Source: Blastocatellia bacterium AA13
GTDB lineage: Bacteria > Acidobacteriota > Blastocatellia > UBA7656
Reading direction: 5' to 3'
Assembly: GCA_003222245.1 (NCBI GenBank)
Contig: QHVH01000011.1
Span: forward strand, 5,910 to 69,909
DNA: 64,000 bases
The first letter of the stretch is position 1, and every line of letters begins with the position of its first letter. Positions 51,492 to 60,168 of the stretch are shown piece after piece. Both the position numbers and the translations under genes were made by a program. Under the pieces are notes generated by a model, which saw nothing but the letters and a program-made list of their open reading frames with translations, was not told where the DNA came from and did no database searches.

Positions 51492-52323
51492 CGCGTTGTT
51501 TAATCAAGTTGAATCGCTCGATCAGGATCTCAGGGAACTCGACGTCTCCCAAATCGAACCAAATGAGGCACAACCCAGGCACGTTTTCGATGACGAGAAG
51601 CTGAAGGAGCTGGTTCTCTCGATCAAATCAAACGGCATTATCCAGCCGATAGTCGTCAGAAAAAGCGGAGACGCTTTTCAAATTGTAGCCGGCGAGCGTA
51701 GATGGAGGGCCGCCAAGCTGGCCGGCTTGCAGCGGGTGCCGTGCATAATAAAGGAAATCTCCGATGATAATGTCCTCGAAGTCTCGCTGATCGAGAACCT
51801 CCAACGCGAAGAGCTGAACCCCATTGAAGAAGCATCCGCTTACAAACGGCTCGTAGAACAGTTGAAACTGACGCACGAGGAGATCGCTCGCAGGATCGGC
51901 AAGGATCGAACTTCCGTCGCAAACGCAATAAGGCTGCTAAAACTCCCATCGGAAGTACAGGAAATGCTCGAGAGCGGGCGCATATCGATGGGCCACGCCC
52001 GAGCAATACTCGCCGTTGAATCGCCAAAACATCAGGTTTCGCTGGCCGAAACCGTCGAGGCGCGAGCATTGTCCGTCAGAGAAGTCGAGGGCATAGTTCA
52101 AAAGGGAAAGGGCGGCAAGCCCAGGCAACAAGCGGCTCCGAACTCAACGGCTGTACGCGAGCAAGCGAATATCTCAGCGGCGGAAGCGAAGCTGGCTAAA
52201 AGACTCAATGCCCCGGTTTCTATTAATTTCAAGAGCCGCGGAGGCTCCATCCAAATCCGGTTTTCGTCCGCTGCGGATCTGTCGAGACTGTACGATTTGC
52301 TTATGCAGCGCGGCAGCAAATAG
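51460..52323 (+). CDS. parB: Chromosome partitioning protein ParB/Spo0J
   Basis: ALGRGL, QPR..F, GIIQP, IVAGERRWRA, ENLQRE.LNPIEEA, HTH, GHARA. Confidence 0.96.
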   Translation: MSRKALGRGLNALFNQVESLDQDLRELDVSQIEPNEAQPRHVFDDEKLKELVLSIKSNGIIQPIVVRKSGDAFQIVAGERRWRAAKLAGLQRVPCIIKEISDDNVLEVSLIENLQREELNPIEEASAYKRLVEQLKLTHEEIARRIGKDRTSVANAIRLLKLPSEVQEMLESGRISMGHARAILAVESPKHQVSLAETVEARALSVREVEGIVQKGKGGKPRQQAAPNSTAVREQANISAAEAKLAKRLNAPVSINFKSRGGSIQIRFSSAADLSRLYDLLMQRGSK

Positions 52324-52329
52324 CCGCCT

Positions 52330-53988
52330 TCACTTTGAGAGATAGCCGCGAGCCTCTTTTATTTCCACCAGATTATCGTCGGCTTGCTGCCACTGCTTGA
52401 GAAGCTTCGAGTAAATACTCCTCGCTTCTTCGCGGTTTCCAGCCTGTGCTTCGGCGCGGGCCAGACCTAAAAGCGAGCGGGCCCTGTTCGGCTGGCGCAG
52501 TAGGCAGTGTCGAAACTGTTCGGCAGCTTCCTTTGTCCGTTGCGCTCGCAGCAGGATCTCTCCATATAGCTCATGAGAAGGCTTTATCAAAGTCGGCGGC
52601 CCTGACGGAGGAGACATGTTCTCCTCGATACCACAGGCCTTTTTCATTGAATCAATAGCCTCGTTCATCCGTCCGTGAACAGCCGCGGCGACCGCGGTTA
52701 ACTCAAGCGCGTAGATTCGCCGAGCCGGTGAAGCGCCTTCCCCCGCGGAAGCAATCGCTATGTCGGCAGAGTTCTTCGCGAGACCGGCAAGCGATCGAAC
52801 AAAAACCGGAAGCGCATTGCCGGCGTCCGAACGGCGCGGGGTAGTCGCGGCGGCGGTCGGACCGTGTCCCGCGTGTTCTCCCATCATCGGATCCTTCACG
52901 AGGTCTTTGGAGCCGCCCTCAAGTGCATCGTTCGAATAAGCTCCAAAGAGCGACGATGCCAGCTCCCACTGCTCGGTCTCGACTATAAGAGTCGCGGCCA
53001 TTGTGGCGTAGTTATTCGCGTAGTAATTGGGTCTGAGGCGGTCCTCATCCTTCGATTCCGCCATCGTTTTCTGCATTGTGGCGAGCAATTGCCGGGCTGC
53101 TGATACTCTGCCCTGCTGAAGATACACGTACATAAGCCAGTGCAGGCTGTGGTAGTCCCGCGCGCTCAGCGATAGATGCTTTCGCTTTACCCACTCGTCT
53201 GACACCGTCCACGCGGACTCGTTTGACGCCGCCGCTTCCGGCCACATTCCTAGCTGTAGAAAGATGTGCGCCGGCATATGTCTCGCGTGATGAGCGTCGG
53301 GTGCTATTTGGGCATATCGCCTCGCCGCCGGCAGCGCTAGAATGGCGTGCTCGGGATCATCAAACGCATGAATGATGTAATGAGCCGCGCCGGGGTGATC
53401 GGGATTCCTGGCGTATACATCCAGCGCGATTGCGCCAGCCAGCGCCTGAGCCCGGTATCCCTTGTCGCCTGGTCTCACGGCGCCCAAAAGCGAAAGCGCG
53501 TAAAAGGCCGCCGCTTCGAGATCATCAGGATAATTCGAATAGATCTTTTCCATCGCGGCGCAATATGCCATGTCGCGCGCCAGCTTGTCCCCTTCCCCAT
53601 AAAGCGCCTTTACCGCGTTCAGGTAAGCGCGCTCGCGATCCGTGACCTTGACGTCGTCTCGAATCTTCTTAATGACCTGTTTGGCCGCCTCCGTATCCTG
53701 CTCTGACCAGAGCGGGTGATTCAGGGCCATGGACTCGCCCCAATAGCCCATCATAAAATTCGGGTCGGCTTTGGTGGACTGCCGGAATTCGTCCAATGCC
53801 TCCTCGAACCAGAAGGAGTGCAGCGCCGCTACGCCTCTTAGAAAATGGGTCTGCGAAGCCGATGACCCCGAGGTCTCAAAAGATATTTTCCCGAGAGCCG
53901 AAGCCCCCTGGCCCAAAGCCGCGGATGGGAGACATATCGCAATCAGCAGAGCAAGAGTGAATACGAGCCTTGATAGATGTTCTCTCAT
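52330..53988 (-). CDS. Secreted TPR-repeat protein with conserved His motifs
   Basis: GGAGG RBS, signal peptide, LHSFWF, HPGAAHYIIH, HARHMPAHIF. Confidence 0.75.
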   Translation of the reverse strand: MREHLSRLVFTLALLIAICLPSAALGQGASALGKISFETSGSSASQTHFLRGVAALHSFWFEEALDEFRQSTKADPNFMMGYWGESMALNHPLWSEQDTEAAKQVIKKIRDDVKVTDRERAYLNAVKALYGEGDKLARDMAYCAAMEKIYSNYPDDLEAAAFYALSLLGAVRPGDKGYRAQALAGAIALDVYARNPDHPGAAHYIIHAFDDPEHAILALPAARRYAQIAPDAHHARHMPAHIFLQLGMWPEAAASNESAWTVSDEWVKRKHLSLSARDYHSLHWLMYVYLQQGRVSAARQLLATMQKTMAESKDEDRLRPNYYANNYATMAATLIVETEQWELASSLFGAYSNDALEGGSKDLVKDPMMGEHAGHGPTAAATTPRRSDAGNALPVFVRSLAGLAKNSADIAIASAGEGASPARRIYALELTAVAAAVHGRMNEAIDSMKKACGIEENMSPPSGPPTLIKPSHELYGEILLRAQRTKEAAEQFRHCLLRQPNRARSLLGLARAEAQAGNREEARSIYSKLLKQWQQADDNLVEIKEARGYLSK

Positions 53989-54330
53989 TGAGACCTCCAG
54001 CGGAATCGACATTCTTGAAAGAGCCAAAATCCTATTCCCTCACCAACCGCAGCGCAAGCGCCAGTACCTTTTAAGCGCCGCTGCCTTTCAAGCGCTCCCC
54101 AACCTTAATGATAGCGGCGGAGCGCGCGAGAAGTAGGATAAATCTGCAAGGGCTAAGCCGAGCGGCATCCTCTTTCGTCGGTTGATCGGGGCGGCTAACG
54201 TCGCGGGCGGAGAAAACAGCGCCGCACTCTTCGATGTACTGGGCGATTCAAACACGTTTGCGCAGTTCGCATTGTGGAAAGGCGGTCCCAATTCAAAATC
54301 CGGCGAAAGTCGCGAAGTCGCGTCCTCAAA

Positions 54331-54360
54331 TTGACCTGATCTATGTGCTGCGTCTAGAAT
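54331..54360 (+). promoter_or_regulatory. Sigma70-type promoter for tRNA-Pro
   Basis: TTGACC-N18-TAGAAT, 14 nt before the tRNA. Confidence 0.6.
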
Positions 54361-54374
54361 GACGGATTGAACGT

Positions 54375-54451
54375 CGGGGCGTGGCCTAGTCCGGTAAGGC
54401 GCTCGCTTTGGGAGCGAGAGATCACTGGTTCGAATCCAGTCGCCCCGACCA
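54375..54451 (+). tRNA. tRNA-Pro(TGG)
   Basis: CGGGGCG acceptor stem, CTCGC-TT-TGG-GA-GCGAG anticodon arm, GGTTCGAATCC, CCA end. Confidence 0.96.
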
Positions 54452-54592
54452 AAGACATCGGGCAGCAGAGATCAGCGGCCACAACTCAGAGGTAGAACTT
54501 GCGAGAGAGCCTGATCTTCTCAGGCTACAAACAACGGCCTCTCTGCCCAAGCACGAGAGCCTCTGATCGACATTGTCAACCGTTGTCATTAA

Positions 54593-54668
<76 letters not shown>

Positions 54669-54739
54669 AAGATTCAATTGATTACAGGCAGCTAAACGGC
54701 TGCCTTTTCTTTTTTGGTGTGCCCATGATGGGCCGCCCG

Positions 54740-54860
54740 TGCCGAAGAGCATCCTTTCGAGCTTGTCCGCGGCGGTTGCTGCATATTAGGTAGACGTGAC
54801 TGTAGGTGTTCAGCGTCAGAGTGAGGGCTGGCGTGACCGTGAGTCGTTCGCTGACGAGCG
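54740..54860 (-). pseudogene. Frameshifted C-terminal remnant of a tyrosine integrase
   Basis: Joining frames gives LVSERL-GHAS-LTLTLNTYSHV-LPNMQQ-AADKLERMLFG (box II His and catalytic Tyr); faces the tRNA 3' end. Confidence 0.8.
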
Positions 54861-55123
54861 TAGTACTCCGCTGGCCGCCGACCCCGGCGCAACCGATCTT
54901 TTGATCTTCCTCCAAAATCTTCCTCGGGTCCGATTGCAAAACAACGATTCAAGGCCATATAATCGGCTTCGCAGTTTAGTTCAACAGGCTCTTTGCGTTG
55001 CGTTAGCGCCGAATCAACGCCCTCATACCCGTCGCAATTCTGCGCGATGGCGAACCACGCAGAGAACCATTTACGTTCAACCAACGAATCTAGTGCTGTT
55101 TCACAGGAAGATAACTTAAGGTT

Positions 55124-58100
55124 ATGGCATTGTTTGCTTACACTACTAAGGAATGCTCAGATAACGCCCGCCGATACGCATTATCGGACGAACTCGACCG
55201 CTTCAAGGAACGAGTGGAGAAATCGCAGAGTACCAGTCACTTCGATCCGTTTCCACCACCTTATCTGGTCAAGAAGAAGCTGGGTGGACGGCAGGGCCGC
55301 TTAATCGCTGATCTACGAAGTCAAGGGGACAATGCGGTGGTGGTATTTCTCGCGATCATGATCCGCGGAGATAAAGATTACCAGGATCACTTCGCCGTCG
55401 ATCCTGTCGGTTACGGTAAGCAATATTTTAGCCATCTCGTGTCCGACGAGCAGCTAGCCGTATACATTCACGAACGCACAAGGGCCACACCTCCACCAGC
55501 TAAGCCCACACCGAGTGAAGCTGAGTATGGGTTCCTTTACGAGGCGTTTGCCCATCGCCAAAACGCGGCCGATGAGTATATGGTTTATGAGACGATCCAG
55601 TGGAAGGAGGCCGTCGCGGAGGAGAGGATTGCCAACCAGCTGGTGCGGTTTGCCCAGCCCTGCCTTGAAGTGCTGTCGAAAAGTGCGGGCGTTCATTTTC
55701 TCGAGGTCCCGGGCAAAACCGGGTGGGGCTTGTGGGCTCACAGGAGCGAAAGCCGGCTGCTCCTGATTACTCCCGTTACGGACACGACAACCGAGAAAGC
55801 CACGAAGATTGTGGACCGTTATCGCGGGCAGTTGGAGACTGATGATCTGACGCACATTATCCGCTCTAGCCGACGAGCCTATCCAGCTTACATGCTCGCG
55901 GACGAGGATACATGGATCGAAATCGAGAAGGAACCCGTGACAAACATGGCGCTCTCGCCGGAGGAGTCCGAAGTCTTGCTCAGCGCACGCCGGCCGGAGG
56001 GGGCGTTCCCGCTATTCGTTAACGGCCGCGCCGGAAGCGGCAAGTCTACCGTCCTGCAATACCTTTTCGCCGACCTGCTCTACTACTACCTCAGCACGCC
56101 GTCGGTCCAGATTATGGGGTCGCCCGTTTACCTGACGGCGAACGGCGAACTGTTGCGGATCGCGAGGAGCTTTATTGAGCGTATACTCCGGAACGAAGCC
56201 GCTCTCCGGAACAGTGTCTTCGCTAATTTGGTCGAGGAGAACCGCGAGATTCTCAACGAGGCGTTTCGGGAGTTTCAACCGCATCTGCTCTCCATGGTCG
56301 ATGCAAGCACCAGGCTAGAGCGATTCGCGCTCTCCCGCCGCGTAGACTATTCGCAGTTCCGCGTACTCTGGACGGAATGGTTCGGTATGGATCGCGCAGC
56401 GACGCGGGAATTCGGGCCGGATATTTCGTGGCATGTCATCCGAAGCTACATCAAAGGAATGCTTTCGGAAACCCTGATGGATCCAGATGACTATGTGCAG
56501 TTGCCGGAGAACCAGATCACTGTGACTCGCCAGACATTCCAGGCGGTCTTCGAGCGGGTCTGGGACAGGCGGTACTCCAAAATCGCGGAAGCTCAAGGTC
56601 TTTGGGATGACCAAGATCTCGCCCGGTTCATACTCGATAACGATCTAGCGAAGCCTACGCATCCCGCAGTGCTTTGCGACGAAGCGCAAGACTTTACCAG
56701 GATCGAACTTGAGTTGCTATTGCGCCTCAACTTGTATTCCGATCGCGCTGTGCCACCCCACGACCTGAGCCGTGTGCCGTTCGCCTTTGCTGGCGACCAG
56801 TTTCAGACCTTGAACCCGACCGGCTTCAGGTGGGACACCATCAAGGCGTCCTTCGTAGAGAAGTTTATTCACGCGCTCGATCCGAGCGGACGCTCGGGCA
56901 GGACGGAACTCAATTATCGGGAACTTCATTATAACTACCGTTCCACTCCGCCCATTGTCCGCTTCAGCAACGGGGTTCAGGCATTGAGGGCGGCTCTTTT
57001 CAAAATGCCGGAGCTGCGGCCCCAAACCCCGTGGGCTCTTCCCCAAGGTGTGTTTCCTGTGGTTTGGTTCGACTCGGCAGACCCCTCCTTCTGGAAGAAA
57101 TTCAAGGAGACCGACTCGTTTATCGTTATCGTTCCCTGCAACGAGGGAGAAGAGGCTCAGTTTGTGCAAGAGGATCACGTCCTCAACCAACACATTCGCG
57201 TCGAGGATGGAATTCCACAAAACGTCTTAAGCGCAGTCCGAGCAAAAGGCCAAGAGTATCAAGTTGTTGTCGTATACGGCTTCGGGGCTGTGGTGCCGAA
57301 AGATCTAATGCTGCCTCTGGAGTCGGGCCATTCCGCAGACGAAACAAATCGGGACCAATCGCTCCCCCACCAATACTTCATCAATCGCCTCTACGTTGCG
57401 GTCACCCGTCCCAAACAACGATTGATCGTTGTGGACAGTGAGTCCGGTATCAAAGGACTCTGGGACTTTGCCAACCGTGAGGAGGTCGCGAAGCAGGTTC
57501 TCGATGCGGCAAACCGTGGCCGCACTGTCTGGAATACCGATCCAGAGGACGAGAGTGCCCCGGCTGTTGAGGGCATGGCAATGGGCAAAGCGGAGGATCT
57601 CACCCGTGAGAGCGCAGGCGATCCGATTGACAACGCGAGGACTTTCGAGGATGACGGCAGGGCTAGGAAAGATCCCTTTCTTCTGCGACAAGCGGCTCTT
57701 GCTTATCGAAGCGCTGGCGATGCAGCCAAGGCGACCGAGTGTCGGGCGCGCGCGCTAGAATTGGAGGGTCAGCACCTCGAAGCAGCTCAGGCCTATGTGG
57801 AAGCGGGATTCTTGATTCCCGAGGCGGTCCGGACTTATTGGAAGGCCGGAAAGACGGGCTGGCAGCAGCTAGCCGATTTGGGTAGATCGAATGCGGGGGT
57901 AGCCCGGGAGACGGAATTCAAATACGCGATTGCGATCGGAGCGAAGGGCATTTCGCTGGCGCAAGGAATTGAGCTTCTGGAGGAGATGGCGGCGCGCCTT
58001 TCGGATGGCACGTTTGCGTCTTATGTAGCATCCGAAAACGCATGGCGCGACGGGCTCAACGCAATAGTCGATTACGTCCGCAAAGACGCGCTCCATGTGA

Positions 58101-59494
58101 CGGCTTCAACACTCGAGCGCGTGCTCGAGAAGATTGAGGCGGCCGGCATTGCGCTACCGGACGGGAAAATGGGGGAAATTCATTTCCGGGCAGGAAGCTT
58201 GCAAAAGGCGGTGCATCGCTGGGAAAAATCCGGCGAAACGAAATCAAACGACTATTTGAAGGCGAAAGCGGCCATCGAGCCATACCCCGGAAAGCTTGCG
58301 GCGCTGATGAAAGTCGGGGCGACCGACGAAATCATCCTGGAGTTTGAAACTCACCCGGGAACACCAATGGAGTCCGCCCTGTGGGGTGTCGTCTCTTTAG
58401 CTTACCTCCAGCGCAATCGCCTCGACGACGCGTTCGATGCCGCTTGGGAATCGTTTGATGCTGCCGCGATGCGACTTATCGCATTGAAGGCGGTGTCGGG
58501 AGGTCGGTTCCCAGAAGCGATTCGAGTACTGCACGGCTCAATAATTGCGATGGTCCGAAATGAGGAGTGGGAGCCACTAGCCAAGTTCGCCTCAACACTG
58601 GATTTCTCGCCGGACTCGAACTGGGCTGAGGGCCCAGTTCGAGAAATTGTCGAGGGGCATGCGGACGCGCTCCAATGCACCCTTATACGAGCCTTGGCCC
58701 GATCAGAGAAATTTTCCGAGTTGCCAGGACACCTTCAGCGGCAGTTTAGCGAATTCTTGCGACGTTTCCTCCGCGTGAAGGAGGGAAAGTGGCGCAGCAC
58801 CGTCTCGGTGGAGGAGGCAGGCGCCGCCATCGAGCGCGGAGGGCGGTTCACTGACGCCTTGGGCTTTTATGAGGCCGTTGCTCGAGAGCCAAATTTCTCA
58901 GACGATGCAAAACAGTTTGCTCGCCGCAGGTGGATCGTTTGTAAGAACAGACAACTGGAACACGAGCGCGAACAGGGGGGGAAAAGCCGTCGGGTTTTCG
59001 ACGTTCAGCGCGAGCTCTCAGAGGAAATGACGCGCTTGGGAGTCAAGCGAGTTGACGAACTCCCGAAGTATCCGGATATCGCTGCCATTGAGAAACCGTC
59101 TAAGGCCGCATCAGTTCAGAATTCGGAGGTGAGGGATGACAAGCCGATTGCGCCCCAACGCGATACTCCGGAGACTGTCACCACGCCCGCAGTTCCCGAA
59201 ACAGTGCAACTCGAACTAGCAGACCGGGTTGCCGCCAGACTCGGGAATTTTGTGATCGACTTATCACGTCGGCTTGGCCGCTGCAACATTTCGCACGAGC
59301 CAACAATGCAAACGGCATTCGTAAACCTCCGCCAAGGCCAGGCTGGGGGCGAGAAGGCATGGCGAGCAGTGTCGCCCACGGAATGGGTCTGCGAGGATTG
59401 GCGACTTCGGCTTTCTCATTCTGGTGCCAAACTGGAGATTGCGCTCGATGATATGGGAGCGTGCCTATCTATCTACCAACCGCTTCGTGCCTAA
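55124..59494 (+). CDS. Large SF1 (UvrD-like) helicase with N-terminal extension and helical/TPR-like C-terminus
   Basis: GRAGSGKST, YLTAN, CDEAQD, AGDQFQT, NYRS, AKGQEY, YVAVTRPK; 1456 aa uninterrupted. Confidence 0.85.
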   Translation: MALFAYTTKECSDNARRYALSDELDRFKERVEKSQSTSHFDPFPPPYLVKKKLGGRQGRLIADLRSQGDNAVVVFLAIMIRGDKDYQDHFAVDPVGYGKQYFSHLVSDEQLAVYIHERTRATPPPAKPTPSEAEYGFLYEAFAHRQNAADEYMVYETIQWKEAVAEERIANQLVRFAQPCLEVLSKSAGVHFLEVPGKTGWGLWAHRSESRLLLITPVTDTTTEKATKIVDRYRGQLETDDLTHIIRSSRRAYPAYMLADEDTWIEIEKEPVTNMALSPEESEVLLSARRPEGAFPLFVNGRAGSGKSTVLQYLFADLLYYYLSTPSVQIMGSPVYLTANGELLRIARSFIERILRNEAALRNSVFANLVEENREILNEAFREFQPHLLSMVDASTRLERFALSRRVDYSQFRVLWTEWFGMDRAATREFGPDISWHVIRSYIKGMLSETLMDPDDYVQLPENQITVTRQTFQAVFERVWDRRYSKIAEAQGLWDDQDLARFILDNDLAKPTHPAVLCDEAQDFTRIELELLLRLNLYSDRAVPPHDLSRVPFAFAGDQFQTLNPTGFRWDTIKASFVEKFIHALDPSGRSGRTELNYRELHYNYRSTPPIVRFSNGVQALRAALFKMPELRPQTPWALPQGVFPVVWFDSADPSFWKKFKETDSFIVIVPCNEGEEAQFVQEDHVLNQHIRVEDGIPQNVLSAVRAKGQEYQVVVVYGFGAVVPKDLMLPLESGHSADETNRDQSLPHQYFINRLYVAVTRPKQRLIVVDSESGIKGLWDFANREEVAKQVLDAANRGRTVWNTDPEDESAPAVEGMAMGKAEDLTRESAGDPIDNARTFEDDGRARKDPFLLRQAALAYRSAGDAAKATECRARALELEGQHLEAAQAYVEAGFLIPEAVRTYWKAGKTGWQQLADLGRSNAGVARETEFKYAIAIGAKGISLAQGIELLEEMAARLSDGTFASYVASENAWRDGLNAIVDYVRKDALHVTASTLERVLEKIEAAGIALPDGKMGEIHFRAGSLQKAVHRWEKSGETKSNDYLKAKAAIEPYPGKLAALMKVGATDEIILEFETHPGTPMESALWGVVSLAYLQRNRLDDAFDAAWESFDAAAMRLIALKAVSGGRFPEAIRVLHGSIIAMVRNEEWEPLAKFASTLDFSPDSNWAEGPVREIVEGHADALQCTLIRALARSEKFSELPGHLQRQFSEFLRRFLRVKEGKWRSTVSVEEAGAAIERGGRFTDALGFYEAVAREPNFSDDAKQFARRRWIVCKNRQLEHEREQGGKSRRVFDVQRELSEEMTRLGVKRVDELPKYPDIAAIEKPSKAASVQNSEVRDDKPIAPQRDTPETVTTPAVPETVQLELADRVAARLGNFVIDLSRRLGRCNISHEPTMQTAFVNLRQGQAGGEKAWRAVSPTEWVCEDWRLRLSHSGAKLEIALDDMGACLSIYQPLRA

Positions 59495-59504
59495 ATCTGC
59501 CAAC

Positions 59505-59618
59505 ATGATGACCACATTCGACAGTATTAAGGAATCTGTCCAAGAGTTTTTCTGCGACCTTCACTACGGTAAGCTGAAGCTATCCGAGTATCAGCGCGAT
59601 GGTGTTGAAACATCGTAG
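59505..59618 (+). pseudogene. N-terminal stub resembling DUF262 (GmrSD-type) proteins
   Basis: MTTFDSIKESVQEFFCDLHYGKLKLSEYQRD resembles the MTTFDST...GKIQLP.FQR start of DUF262 proteins; stop after 37 codons. Confidence 0.55.
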
Positions 59619-59829
59619 TACACGGACGGTGCTCTCCCAGGGACAATGGTAACTTCGAGGGCGTACTGCCGACGAATACATCATCGATCAAAATGCCGCC
59701 CCAAGCGGCTCGCTCGTGATTTCGACCTGATGAACTTTGGTTGGTTGACTACTTGCCATCCGATCTACTGGCGCCCCTCGCGCCGCTGGAGCGCTCGTCG
59801 CGATCAGACCGGAGGACGCTACTTAGGCT

Positions 59830-59899
59830 CGTCATACCCTCTTTGAACTCCACGATCCCACTCTTGAAATTGGAACCGACGCGCACTCCCCAAACCAAG
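59830..59899. repeat. 70-bp direct repeat, copy 1
   Basis: 62/70 identical, ungapped, to 63680-63749. Confidence 0.85.
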
Positions 59900-60125
59900 G
59901 AAGCTACGAGTTGAAGCAGTTCTCAATGATGGACTCAGAGTCTGAGTGCCGGGCTCTTAGAAAAAACCTAGCACATCAATTTAGGAGTGAAAGGTCGATG
60001 GCTGTCTGAGATTTGCGCTCCAGCCAGCATCAATACTCGAGACGCAGCTTGAGACGCACCTGAGACGCAGCTTGAAACGATAAAAGCCTATCGAACATTG
60101 ATTTGATGCCAGATAAATAGGCAAG

Positions 60126-60155
60126 AGTGGGTCGGCCTTTTGAGGCCGACCCACT
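60126..60155 (-). terminator. Hairpin downstream of the 954-aa gene
   Basis: AGTGGGTCGGCCT-tttg-AGGCCGACCCACT perfect 13-bp stem. Confidence 0.65.
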
Positions 60156-60168
60156 AGCAGAGACAATT

